Below the pieces are notes generated by a model. That model had not been told where the DNA came from. It made no database searches and was given only the letters and a program-made list of their open reading frames with translations. Shown here in pieces: positions 27,120-39,045 of a DNA stretch of 64,000 bases. The stretch comes from Camelus ferus (lineage: Eukaryota), in the NCBI RefSeq assembly GCF_009834535.1, contig NC_045696.1:108192001-108256000 (forward strand). Direction: 5' to 3'. The position numbers and the translations under genes were made by a program. Position 1 is the stretch's first letter, and each line of letters begins with the position of its first letter.

Positions 27120-29128
27120 GGCCATGATGGCACAGTAGGAGCTCAGCTCTTCCTATGGGTACACCAAAATTGCGACTGTTTACAGAGCAGCTATCACTGA
27201 GAATGACCTAAAAACTAGCAGAAAAGTTTTCCCACAACTAAAGTTTAAAGAAGGAACCACACAAGAAGGGTAGGAGGGGCATAGATGTGGTATAGTCAGG
27301 AATCACCCCTGGGCAGGTGACTCACAAACTGGAGGACAATAAAATTATAGAGGGTCTCCCCAAGGAGCACAGAGTCCAACCCCACATCAGACTCCCTAGC
27401 TCACGAGTCTTGCATCAGGCAGATGATCCCTCAGAATATCGGGCTCTGAAAGCCAATGGGGCTTATGTACGGGAGAGCTGGAAGTCTGCAGGAAACATGG
27501 ACTCCATGTTAAAGGGCATGGACAAAATATCACAATCCAAGTCCCAGTGCAGAGGCAATAAATGAAAGGAGCCTGGGTCAGATCCACCTATTGATCTCGG
27601 AGAGCCTCCCAGAGAGGCAGGAGGCAAATGGGACTCCCCCTGGAGACATAAATGCTGGTGGCAGCCATTTTTGAGAGCTCATTCTACCATGAGGACACCA
27701 GTACTAACAAGTCCGTCCTCTAGTCCATTAGTGCCAGGGACTTACCTACCCACCAGCCAGTTGGCAGCAGTCCTGGGACCCTTCAGCCCCTGCAGCCAGT
27801 CACCCCAGGACCTGGCCCTGCCAACCAGTATGCTGGAAACTACAGGTCCATGAAGCCAGCTGTCCTGGTACCTGACTCTGCCAAGCACTGGGTTGGCCCC
27901 AACCAGTTCCCACTGATAGATGCTCTGGGACCCAACCCTGCCTACCTATGGGCTGGTAGAAGCCCTGCAACCCCTGGGCCCGTACAAGCCCTGCAACCCC
28001 TGGGCCCTGCATCTAGATGTCCCAGGACCTAACCCTGCCCATTAGTGAGCTAGCACCAGCCACATAATCCCCTGGGGCCCACAGCGAGCTACACTGGGAC
28101 CCAGCCCCACCCACCAGTGGCCAGTATCAGATCCAGGAACCCCTGGCTCTGCAAGCAGCTGCCCCAGGACCTGGCCCTGCCCACCAGCAGCCAGCAGCCT
28201 CTGCATGAGGCAGGGCCTTGCAGCCAATATGGCTGGGGTCCAACCCTGCCTACCAGTGTGCCTACAGTAGTCAGCCCCATTATAACAGAAGGGCCAACAC
28301 AGCCCACATAGAGGGCACCCCTGGAGCATATAGCTCTGGTGATTAGAGAGAAGTGTTCTGCTGAGCCCCATAGGCCCTCTCCTACATAAGGCCACTTCTC
28401 CAGTATTGGGAAATGTAACTGACTTATGTAATACATAGAAATAACAACAGAGAATTAGGCAAAATGAGGTGACAAAGGACTATGTTCCAAATGAAGGAGC
28501 AAGATAAAATCCCAGAAGAACTAAATGAAGCAATCTACCCAGTAAAGAGATGGAGGTAATGATCATAAAGATGTTCAATAAACTCAGGAGAAGAATAAAT
28601 GAACACGCTGAGGAGTTTAACAAAGAGTTAAAAAAATATAAAGAAGAACCAAATAGAACTGAAGAATCCAATAACTGAAATAAAATACAGTGGAAGGAAT
28701 CAACAGTAGATACAGAGGGATAGCTCAGCAAACTGGAAGACAAATAAAAAAAGCTAAACAGAAAAAAAGTAAAGAATTTAAAAAATGAGGACAGTTTAAA
28801 CGATCTCTGGGACAACGTCAATCATACTAGCATGGTGTTATAAGAGTTCCAGAAGGAGAAGAGAGAGAGAGAAAGGGGAAGGGAACTTATTCAAAGAAAT
28901 AATAGCTGAGAAATTCCCTAGCTTGGGAAAGGAAACAGACATCCAGGTCTAGGAAGTACAGAGAGTCCCAAACAAGATCACCCCAAAGAGAGTCCACACC
29001 AAGATACTGTAGTTAAAATGGCAAATATTAAAGATAAAAAGGAAATCTTAAAAGCAGCAAGGGAAAAGCAACTAATTACATATGAGGGAACTCCCATAAG
29101 ACTATCAGCTGACTTTTCAGCAGAAACT
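27120..29128 (+). mobile_element. L1 5' half: 5'UTR with GC-rich internal repeats plus degenerate ORF1, ending inside ORF1
   Basis: The 5'UTR start is homologous to 60003-60163. Repeated ccaggacctggccctgcccaccagc units lie at 27760-28250. ORF1 ATG at 28464 (MR*QRTMFQMKEQDKIPEELNE...), ending at ...PIRLSADFSAET. Confidence 0.85.
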
Positions 29129-29394
29129 AAAAACAGGAAGTCTCTGGACCAGGAGCAGTTGAAGGTAAGAGTACCATTGTGATTACACAGTGATTAAGTG
29201 AATATTTCCATATTGAATATTGAGATTCCAGCCTCCCCTTGCACTGGCAGCCAGATTCATCCCTGCCCTCTCTGTAGATTCTGCTTATTCCAAAAAGAAG
29301 AACCAAAACATAGCAACATCAGAGGTGCCTCAAGAAATGGTCCAGCCACATTGTCATGGCTGGCTGGGCCCAGCCAGAGCTTCCATTGCTTTTT

Positions 29395-29575
29395 AAAAAA
29401 TAATTAATTAATTAATTAATTATAAAATTGAAGTACAGTCAGTTACAATGTGTCAATCTCTGGCGTACAGCACAATGTCCCAGTCATGCGTATACATCCA
29501 CATATTCATTTTCATATTCTTTTTCATTAAATGTTATTACAAGATGTTGAATATACTCCTTGTGCTCTACAGAAT
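29395..29575 (-). mobile_element. Short 5'-truncated artiodactyl/camelid L1 3' end
   Basis: tgaagtacagtcagttacaatgtgtcaatctctggcgtacagcacaatgtcccagtcatgc, same family as 59362-59543. Confidence 0.85.
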
Positions 29576-29849
29576 CCTTTGGTTTCTGAGTGTTCCACTT
29601 CCACTGAAATCTTGGTTTTGCTGTCACTGTGCTGTTATTGTATTCTCTGAATGTCGCTTTTTCATAGCCTCCTATTCTTTCCTTATCTCTGTGAGAATAT
29701 TAATAGTAATTTCCGCCAAGCTTTCATTTCTCAAATATTCTGCTTCCTCCTAGTAGCTCCAGGTTTATATGTTTTGATCCCAGTCTGTCACCTTAGACCT
29801 CCTCAACTGACTGGTATTTCTTAGCTGTTCATTCATGTTTATTTCCTGG

Positions 29850-30615
29850 AACAAAGGGCAAAACACAAGATGGGAAATAAGAAAGAAAAAAAGAAGAAGA
29901 TTAAAGGATTGTTCATAAAAACAACTCGAGTTCCAGAAAGGAAGGATAGAGAATTGACAGGAGGGAAGTCATCAAAGGAATAATTCAAACATTTTCCAGA
30001 ATGAAAGGAAGTGAGTTTCCAGACTGAAAGGGCCTACCTAGTGCCCGACCAACAGGATAGAAACTGATCAAGGCACACTGTGAAACTTGAAAACACTAGC
30101 GAAAATGAAGATCTTTCAGGCTCCCAAGAAAGAAACATACAACCCCCCCAAAATGACCAACAGTCAAAGTGGCATCAGACTTTCAACAGCAAGGCTGATA
30201 GAAGACAGTGGAAAATGCCCTTGGACTTCCAAAGGAAAACAGTTTCCACTCAGTCTTAACAAAGAATTATTATCAGGATAGAATAAAAACATTTTCAGAG
30301 ATGCAAAGTCTCAAAAAATGTACCACTTTTGTATTTTTTGTTGAGATGATAGTGGACTATGTGCTCCTTTAAAATAAGAGTAAATCAAGGAAGTGAATGA
30401 CATAGATCCTGGATAGGGGTTTTGAGCACAGTACAGAAGCCAAAGGACCCCTTTTGCAGCAGGATGGTGGCTGTGCAGCAAGCCTAGAGAGCAATCAGGT
30501 CAGATTGGAGTGGGTCAGCAGGCTTCTAGAGCAGTGTCTCCAAGTGGGTACAAAAGATACCTTAGTATGTTCGAACATATTATACACCTGCTGAAGAATC
30601 TGTTCAGGTAGCATT
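29850..30615 (+). mobile_element. HAL1/L1ME-like ORF1 remnant, continuing after the young L1 at ~31893-32560
   Basis: ggaataattcaaacattttccaga ... ttccagactgaaagggcc ... ggcatcagactttcaacagcaa ... cagcaagcctagagagcaatcaggtcagattggag. Confidence 0.65.
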
Positions 30616-30628
30616 AAGAACAAAGATA

Positions 30629-31881
30629 CTGTGCAGAAGCTGGTAAGTTTAATTATGTCCCATTTGTTTATTCTTGCTTTTATTTCTATTGCTTGGGAAG
30701 ACTGCCCTAGAGGAACATTTTTGAGATATATGTGAGATAATGTTTTGCCTATGTTTTCTTCTAGGAGGTTTATGGTATCTTGTCTTACGTTTAAGTCTTT
30801 GTAAAGGGAACCATAAGCAAAACAAAATGACAACTTACAAAATGGGAGAAAATTTTTGCAAATGATGAAACCGACAAAGGCTTGATCTCCAGAATATACA
30901 AGCAGCTCATAAGACATAATAAGAAAAAAAACAACAACCCAATCCTAAAATGGGCAGAAGACCTAAAGAAGCAATTCTCCAAGGGAGAAATACAAATGAT
31001 CAATAGGCACATGAAAAAATGCTCAATATCACTATTTATCAGAGAAATGCAAATCAAAACTATGATGAGGTATCACCTCACACCAGTCAGAATGGCCATC
31101 ATTCAAAAGTCCACAAAGAGGCTGTAGAGGCTGTAGACAAAAGGGAACCCTCCTACACTGCTGATGGGAATGGAGTTTGGTGCAGCCACTGTGAAAAACA
31201 GTATGGAAATTCCTCAAAAGACTAAAAATAGACTTACCACATGACCCAGTAATCCTGCTCCTAGGCATATATGCAGAAGGAAACCTACTTCAAAATGACA
31301 CCTGCACCCCTATGTTCATAGCAGCACTATTTACAATAGCCAAGACATGGAAACAGCCTAAATGTCCATCAACAGAGGACTGGACAAAGAAGATGTGGTA
31401 TATTGATACAATGGAATACTATTCAGCCATAAAAACTGACAACATAATGCCATTTGCAGCAACATGGATGTCCCTGGAGGATGTCATTCTAAGTTAAGTA
31501 AGCCAGAAAGAGAAAGAAAAATACCATATGAGATCGCTCATATGTGGAATCTAAAAAAAAAAAAGAACATAAATACAAAACAGAAACAGACTCATAGACG
31601 TAGAATACAAACTTGTGGTTGCCAAGGGGGTGGGGGGGGTGGGAAGGGACAGACTGGAATTTCAAAATTTGTAGATACTGACAGGCATATGCAGAATAGA
31701 TAAACAAGGTTATATTGTACAGCACGGGGAAATATATTCAAGATCTTGTGGTAGCTCACAGCGGAAAAAAATGTGACAATGAATATGTGTATGTTCAAGT
31801 ATAACTGAAAAATTGTGCTCTACACTGGAATTTGACACAACATTGTAAAAGGACTATAACTCAATAAAAAATATTGAAAAA
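30629..31881 (+). mobile_element. Lineage-specific L1, 5'-truncated, with a 5' inversion (30629-30800 antisense, 30801-31881 sense)
   Basis: Minus strand encodes [21 protein letters not shown]...KWDIIKLTSFCT. The plus strand continues with the next ORF2 segment through the 3'UTR and A-tail. TSD aagaacaaaga (30616-30626) / aagagcaaaga (31882-31892). Confidence 0.92.
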
Positions 31882-32102
31882 AAGAGCAAAGAACTAGACA
31901 GCTGAACACAAAAGGCAATTATAAATGCAAGGGAAAATAAAATGTATAGGAAAGAAAAAGCACTCATAGTATACTATATGGCTCAGCTGAGCATGGCATT
32001 TAGATGTTATGATAATGGAAACACTGGATATCGATGGAAACACTGGATATGGATCTATAGCCGAAATTCAGTGGAACTGCATGGGTCAGATGCAAAGACT
32101 AA

Positions 32103-32300
32103 CAAAGGTTGGCAAACTTTTCTGCAAAGAGCCAGATAGTAAATATTTTAGGCTTTGGAAGGCATACATCTCTGTGGCAACTACTCAGATCTGTTATTGC
32201 AGCACTAAGGCAGGCATGGAAAATCTGTGAACAAGTGGACATGGCTGCAGTTCAATAACAACATTTTGTAAAAAAAATTTACAAAAACATGTGCTGCCCC
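32103..32300 (+). mobile_element. MER58A-like MITE
   Basis: ggttggcaaacttttctgcaaagagccagatagtaaatattttaggcttt. Confidence 0.8.
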
Positions 32301-32590
32301 CGTACTAGAAATACGTTCGCAGGGAAGGAGGTGCTGTGAAAGCGAACTAAGGCCGCATGTTTTACAGCGGAAGCCAAGAGTTCATGTCTGAAATTGAAAA
32401 AAAAACCTCGAAGTAATGATCTAAGTATATTTTTTCTGGATATGGAGAAAAATATCAAATGAAAATGGGGTTGATGGTAGTGGGAGATTCAGAGATTGCT
32501 GTTTATTGTATGAATACAAGCATTGTAGGACTGTTTCTTTAACCCATGTGTCTGTGTAACTTGGGCAAAAATAGCTAAATTACAAAGTAA

Positions 32591-32757
32591 GGGAGGAGGG
32601 TATGTAGCTCAGGGGTAGACTGCATGCTTAGCAAGCATGAGGTACTGGGCTCCATCCCCAATACCTCAATTAAAAAAAAAAAAAATTGAAAATAAATAAA
32701 TAAATAAATAAACCTAATTATCTCCCCCTCGAAAAATGAAAAAAAAAATTAAAAAAT
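32591..32757 (+). mobile_element. tRNA-derived camelid SINE (Vic-1 type)
   Basis: gggtatgtagctcaggggtagactgcatgcttagcaagcatgaggtactgggctccatccccaatacctc (Pol III A/B-box-like), then A-rich linker, aaacctaattatctccccc and A-tail. Confidence 0.88.
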
Positions 32758-34019
32758 CATTATAATTCATGTGGGCAGCAAAGTGTAGTCCATGTGTGCT
32801 TAGGTGATAAAGAAAGGTGAGGTCCCTGAGGGTCCTGGGTGGACTTAGGACACAGACATTCAAGCAGAGGTTTTGCTGCCTCCACTGGCCCCCAACCCCA
32901 CGCCCCAGGTGGACACCCTGAAGCACGTGGCTGGGGTGTGTGTCTGGCAGCTGGAAAACATCTCCTACTGGGCTCGTGCCAGCAGCTTCCAGGTCTGCGA
33001 CCCGTCATGGTGCTATGGTGACTGGCACAAATCCCATGTGGCTGTCACTTGTGGGTGGGGTGGGCGTCTGTTGTGAGGTCCTCGGGAAAGCCTGGCAGGA
33101 TGTTCCTCTGCCGTCCCACACGGGCAGGCCAGGTGCGCTGCGGGTCGGGAAGGTTCCCGCAGAGCAGAGCCGGCGGCCCGGAGGCAGGTCGTGGGGAGAC
33201 CACTCAGCTTGGGTAGATGACGTGAAGGGACCTCTCAGTGTCACCGAGGTGCGCAGGACCAGGATGCCAGGCAACTGTGCTGGAGGCTCGCTTGAGCTGG
33301 GCTCAGGCAGGAGCGATACAAATGCTGAGGAGATTTGTGGGTCTGAGGTCCCCCGGAGGCTCTAAATCAAAGCAGAGGGCTCACAGCAAATTAATGAAGC
33401 TAATTTCTGACTGGAATCATCGTTTGTGAATCATCGTGTCTGTGCTCATTAAATAAATTCGCGGTGTCTTCCCAGTCTTTATGGACGCATCATAAATGAG
33501 GGCCTTTCATAAATAATTTGTTTCTGCCTGTGTTTAAAGGGACCTGGGGTCACAGGGGAGGAGAGGGGAGGCCAGGGGACAGGAGCCTGGAGACCCGAGC
33601 TGTGGATGGAGGTGGCCGAGGTGGGAGGAAGCAGGGATGAGCAGTCAGTCAGGCCTGAGGAGAGGGCCAGGCAGTTTGGCACTGCCCTGGTCCCCAAGTG
33701 AGCAGGACCCAACCCTGTGCCCTGATGCCCTGTCACTGAATTCAGTTCACAGAGTGTATAAGGTCCTCCGGGTTTGCTGCCTGCCACAGGTGGGCAAAGC
33801 CCCCCGTCAAGACTGGGCCTAAGACCCCACACTCACTGTCTCTGCGCCTTCACGTCAAGCCCACAGGCAGCTAGGACCTGTGATGTAAGGATACCCAGCA
33901 ACTGATTTGCTGATCCCCGGGGTCTTACAATGGCTGCAAGAAGACCAGAGGAAAGGCTGAGGGTGGATGATAAGGAGGGAAGAAAAAGTAGGCCAAAGCA
34001 AGGGAGGAGGGGAAGGGTG

Positions 34020-34410
34020 GAAATAAGGGTAGAGGATTAAGACGTATGAACTATTACGTATAAAATAAGCTATGAGGATATATTGGCCCTATTGTACAGC
34101 ACAGGGAATTATTTTACAGTAACTATACATGGAGCATAACCTTTACAAATTGTGTAATACAGTGCTGTATAATAACTTCCATGCATTTGCCACATAATCT
34201 TTTGCTTATAAGAATTATTATAGTATGTTCAAATGTAAAGCAAACAAATCTGAATTTTCATGATAATTTCAAACTTGAAAACAAAACAAAATATAGTTAC
34301 ATGGTTCAAAAGAAAATTGTGAATCACTATATAATACACCCAAAACTTATATAATATTGTACATCAGCTATGCTTCAGAAAGAAAAAAAAGTGACACATT
34401 AAAATAAAAA
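34020..34410 (+). mobile_element. Artiodactyl-type L1 3'UTR end interrupted by a 159-bp insert (34155-34313)
   Basis: ttgtacagcacagggaat ... ctttacaaattgtg | insert | aaattgtgaatcactatataatacacccaaaacttatataatattgtacatcagctatgcttc, then A-tail. Confidence 0.8.
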
Positions 34411-35999
34411 AGCACAAACAAAAGAAATCACCGCGTTCATTTCTTTACCCTGAACTAGTTACACACATTTGCAGCCCTCTGCTGAACCCAGGCAGGAATT
34501 AACTGGGGAGATGAGATAGTCTCAGGTGAAGAGACACACAGCATGGCAATGGGATAGCAGAGCGGGACCCAGGATGAAGAAGCAGTCTTTCTGATTGGTT
34601 CTGGTCATGAGTGAGGGGAACCCTTTCAAGCTGAGGCTGTTACTACCAGATTTGCAGTGATGGGTGGGCCTCACACTGGGATAGCTCTCTGGGGGTGGAG
34701 AGCCAGCCAGGAGCTGGAGCTGCAGGTACAGGATGACACTTTCTCATTGTTTTGTGGGCCTCCTCTCCTGCAGCCTCATCCTTCTCCTCTCCCTTTATTC
34801 CAGTGGACATTCCCATAGATGGGGGACAGTCCTAAAGAGTGGGGAGGGGCAGGGGCTGGGCTGACACCTCCAAAGTACATACTTCATGAGACGAGAGCCT
34901 GAAATTGAAAAAGAGCTGAAAGAAGGAGAAGTGATTTGTCCACGCTGTTTATGACAAAGGTCAATATGAAAACAGATGAAGTGAAGGATACTTAATGGGG
35001 AGGAAGGAGGAAAAAACCCCACAGCACTTCTGCCTCTGAGCCGCGTTGTTAGCAGCTCCATGATTCGTCCTGTCAATGGACTTTTGTGAAGATAGAGTAG
35101 TAGTTTCCAGAAAGATGAGGTGGTAGGTGGAGGATGGATCCCCAGGGCAGCCCACAAAAGAGCGCTGGCCTCAGCATGGCCCAGGTCGCTGGCTGGTCCT
35201 GGGATGCAGGCAGGTGTCCCCAGGGGCTTAGAAGTAGAGGCACAGAGGCTACCTTTGGAGAGACGCCTGAGCTCCATGGGGGTTACCCCTGTATAAAACA
35301 GTGGGCAAAGAAGCTTCCTGACCTGGTGGCTTGATCGAACATATTAAACCTGTGTCTAGAAAATGACCCAGCTGTTATACGGGCTCCTGGTTAAAAAAGC
35401 AATCCCAAATGAAGAGGGGCCACAGAGGTTCTCCTGGGGTGGGGGGTGGGGCACAGTCCAGCGCTGCGTGGGGACTGGGGCCCTGCCTCCCTGACAGTGA
35501 CGCCATCCGCCTGGCAGTCATTCACCCTGGTGGGTGGGGGGTGTGTGTGTGTGTAGAGGGTGGGCATCCCGGCCATAAAGCCTTCTTCTTTGGACTTCCC
35601 ATGTAGCAAGTACGCATTCAGTAATGTGACCCCCCACAGGAGGCTCCGCCCCGATCAGGCATTCACGAGCATCTGACAGTTTCACAAACTGACGTCTAGT
35701 AACTTTATGAGTCTCTGGAGGTGGGGTTGGCATCGCTGCGTCAGACCTGCTATCGGTGTGGTTTCCAAGCCCTCAGACCAGCTTGCCCTCCTGGGCCTTC
35801 TGCAAACTTCACACTTGAATCCGCATGGTACCCATAGCAGGGCTGTGTCCTGGGAGGCAGTGGGGACATACCCAAGAATGTAGGGAGCAGAATAAAGGCT
35901 TCTTTTCCTTTTGAGGGTGCAGGGCTGAGCTTAGAGGTGGTTGTAGGTGGCGGAGCACTTTGTTATGCAGTTGCCTTCATGCAAACCTGCATTTGCCCC

Positions 36000-36099
36000 C
36001 AGGGTTTCTTGAGCACTTACTCTGTGTCGGGTACCATTCTGGGTGCTGATGTGACCTGTTCTGATGGAGTTTACACCTTCTTTGTGTTTATGAATGAGT

Positions 36100-36135
<36 letters not shown>

Positions 36136-36620
36136 TGTCGGGTGTACAGAAAATAAATATGCAAATAAGTCAGACAACTCTAAATTGTGATGATTACAGT
36201 GAAGAAAAGAAAGCAGGTGATATGATGGAATGATAATTTGGGTTTGTCAGCAGTGGCCTCTCTGGAAGGGGATATTTAAGCGTAGACTGAGTGATGAGGA
36301 GCCAGTCAGGGGAGATCCAGGCAGAGGGAACAGCAGGCACAGAGCCTGAAGGCAGAGGAAGCCCGGAGACAGGAGGCAGGCCAGCGCGGCTGGGTTTGGG
36401 AGCACAGAAGTGGTATTTGCCCAGGCTGGGGGAGATTTTCCAGGGTCTTCTGGTCCATATTGGGAGTTCAGATTTTATTCCAAATGCAGTGTGAATGGAA
36501 TTCCATGACCTGATCTGCATTTTTAAAAGCTCCCCTAGTTGCTAAGTGGAGACTAGACTGTAGAGGGTGAGGGAGGAAGTGAGAAGCAGGAGTTAGAAGA
36601 TGCAAGGATCCCGGGGAATG
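36000..36620 (-). mobile_element. L2 LINE fragment with a (TG)n tract at ~36100-36131
   Basis: gagcacttactctgtgtcgggtacc ... ccaggcagagggaacagca ... gatctgcatttttaaaagctccc. Confidence 0.8.
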
Positions 36621-37101
36621 ACTGAGTTCTCTCTGCTCTCACTTTCCCCCATCTTTTCCAAATAAAACCTCCAATCTGTAAGCACTGTGCATCTCAGGTA
36701 AAGGTTCGAAGGGAAGAAAGCAATCTCCTTGAACAAATTCTCCTTAGGGCTGGGCCATTAACCCACTCAGAGGTATTTGCCTTTTTAAAGGCTTGTTAAG
36801 CACAATGGATTTCTGAGTGGCAGAATTTCAGGCGGGGTGGGGAAAGAACTCTGGCTCACTGGGGGATGTTTTGGTCACAGCTGACATTTGCACCGATGCT
36901 TCTCAAACTTCACTGTGTTAAAATGCAGACTTCTAGTCAGGAGGCCTATGAGGGGCCTGAGATTTTACTTTTCTAACTTATTCCGATGATATTAATGCCA
37001 CTGGTCCACGGTTTTACAGGACTTTGCTTTCCGTGTTAAAGAAAGGTCTGAGTATTAAGTATTGCTTTCTAGACATTCATTCATCATTTGTTCATTTGTT
37101 C

Positions 37102-38565
37102 TGAAGGGTATCAGAATATGTCATGCCAAAATATGTCCCTTTGGCATAAGAATTATCTTGAGCTGGAGGCAATTGAGAAAAAGACACAGGAAGATTTCTC
37201 TGCCCTCCTTCTATCTGCCTAAAAGCAGGGCATAAATTTCCCTTTGTGAAGGTGGCATAAATTCTGCACCCTGCCCCTCTTCCCTGATTTTCTCCAGAAT
37301 GAAAGGGTGACTCTTATCACCAGAGACAGAGCGCCAGCAGCGAGATGAGTCTGCATAAGCAAATCTTACTAAATAACCCTTATCTACCACTACTTTCCCC
37401 TATATATTTACCAGGTCTAGATACTTTTCGTCGTAAGCATCTTTGCCGTTAGATATCTTTGCCGCAAGCATTTTTGCCACAGATGTTTCCACTGCATAAC
37501 TAATTGGCTATAGGGCAATTTTGCTGTAAAAGATAAAATGATGAAAAATAAAAGAGGGACATTAAAAAGGGCATAGTGAAACATGAAAAATGAGTAACAA
37601 TGTGAAAAAGACTTTATTGTGAAATACAAAATATTTGAATGCTTTGCCAATGTGTGTAGATCCATGGCAATTCTGCACAAGTAACTGGTTTTATTTCGTG
37701 GGTCGTACCTAAGCCCTTGTCTTCCAAATCTTTCATTCACGGTATTAGGTATTTCTTTTTTGTTGTTGATTTGTTTCCTAGTTTGACATCACACTTTTTC
37801 TCTTTTGCTAAAATTTTATACTTCATTAAAAGATGTATCAGTTTCCAAACACTAAGATGCATAATTGTAACTGAGCTTTCTGTTGTGTTGGGAAAGCCTC
37901 CACACTGCTGTGTGTTCTCGGTGTATCGTCAAATGTCTGCTGGTAGATGTTCCAAAGTTCTATGGGAAATGTGGATTTGTGCTTTGAGGCCCTTGGCCTC
38001 TTTCTCCTCCAGCGCAATATGTTTCAAAATAAGAAATCAACTCTTGGCGGTAAATCATTGTTATCTGTCAACTCAACAAAGCCATCAATGGCATTGCTAA
38101 CTGGAAGAAATGGTAACACATTTCAACCTGTTGAAACCAAATTGTCAAACCAAACTACCAACCAGTTATTTTATCTTTCACTGCAAAATTGCCTTACAGC
38201 CAATTTGTTATGTGGTAGAAATGTTTGTGGCAAAGATGTTGACAGCAAAGAAGCTAATGGTGAAAATACCAGACACAATTTTTACCTTCCCATAATTTAT
38301 CTCTCCTAGAAGCCCAAACCCCCTTTCCTTTGTCTAGTCACTTCTCCACAGTTTATCATCCTTTGTTAAAATGTTATATAAACCCTTGAGTATGTTTCTT
38401 TGGATTTCTCATTTCTTTTCTATGAAGCCAATATGCATGTAAAAATATTAACATCAAATGAAATTTGTATGGTTTTTTTCTGTTAGTTTATCTTTTGTCA
38501 ACTTAATTTGCAGCCTTCAGGAACAGAACCTAATAGGGTAGAGGAAACGTTTTTCCTCCCCTAAA
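37102..38565 (+). mobile_element. MER34-like ERV1 solo LTR, split by a MuDR element and inserted in an L2 (CATT)n tail
   Basis: tgaagggtatcagaatatgtcatgccaaaatatgtccctttggcataag ... ttttcctcccctaaa, with 4-bp TSD GTTC at 37098-37101 and 38566-38569. Confidence 0.85.
37413..38277 (-). mobile_element. Mutator/MuDR (Ricksha-like) DNA transposon with degenerate transposase C-terminus
   Basis: ~115-130-bp TIRs built of ~15-bp subrepeats (gcatctttgccg...) and 9-bp TSD atatttacc/atttttacc. Frameshifted minus-strand peptide LPFLP...ELISYFETY...FPIELWNIY...PRTHSSVEAF...HLSVWKLI...NERF...YLCRIAMDL. Confidence 0.88.
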
Positions 38566-38714
38566 GTTCATTCATTCAAATGTTTGTTGGTTACTAGGGA
38601 GCATCATATTTAAGGAGATCAAAGAGTTTTCTGAGGAAGTTGCCAAAACATATGTTTTTATTAAGCCTTTGGAAAGCTGGACACATCTGGATTCTGGTGT
38701 TCCTGATCCCCAGC

Positions 38715-39045
38715 CAGTAGTGTGCTGGTGAATGTTTAAAAACTCTCTCTGGGGAAAAAAGTTTTGATTTACAGCATTTATTAATTTCTGTGATATAAAT
38801 CTTTCACCAAGGCTGACTTCCAGCTACCAACATGACATCACTTAATGTAGATACAGCTAACAACAGATACAGTACAAAACCTTAAGGGCATAGATAATAG
38901 TCAAATAATTAGGGAGTGAAGCTTTTATTATTTTATACTTTTGTTTTTAATATAATGCATTTCATTGTAAGTTTTGTAATTTAATTTTTAATAATGGCTG
39001 TATCTAACAACTGACTCACAAAATTCCTAAAAATTTTAACAATGT
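38715..39045 (+). mobile_element. MER63-like (hAT-Blackjack) element
   Basis: cagtagtgtgctggtgaatgtttaaaaac ... gctgacttccagctaccaacatgacatcact. Confidence 0.7.

Noticed and set aside
27760..28250. Repeat-spacer-like array
   Set aside because: These are degenerate internal repeats of an L1 5'UTR in mammalian DNA, not CRISPR.
30495..31798. ORFs with L1 ORF2-like peptides
   Set aside because: They are fragments of a truncated, frameshifted L1, not a host gene.
32591..32670. tRNA-like sequence
   Set aside because: It is a SINE head followed by an A-rich linker and tail, with no complete cloverleaf.
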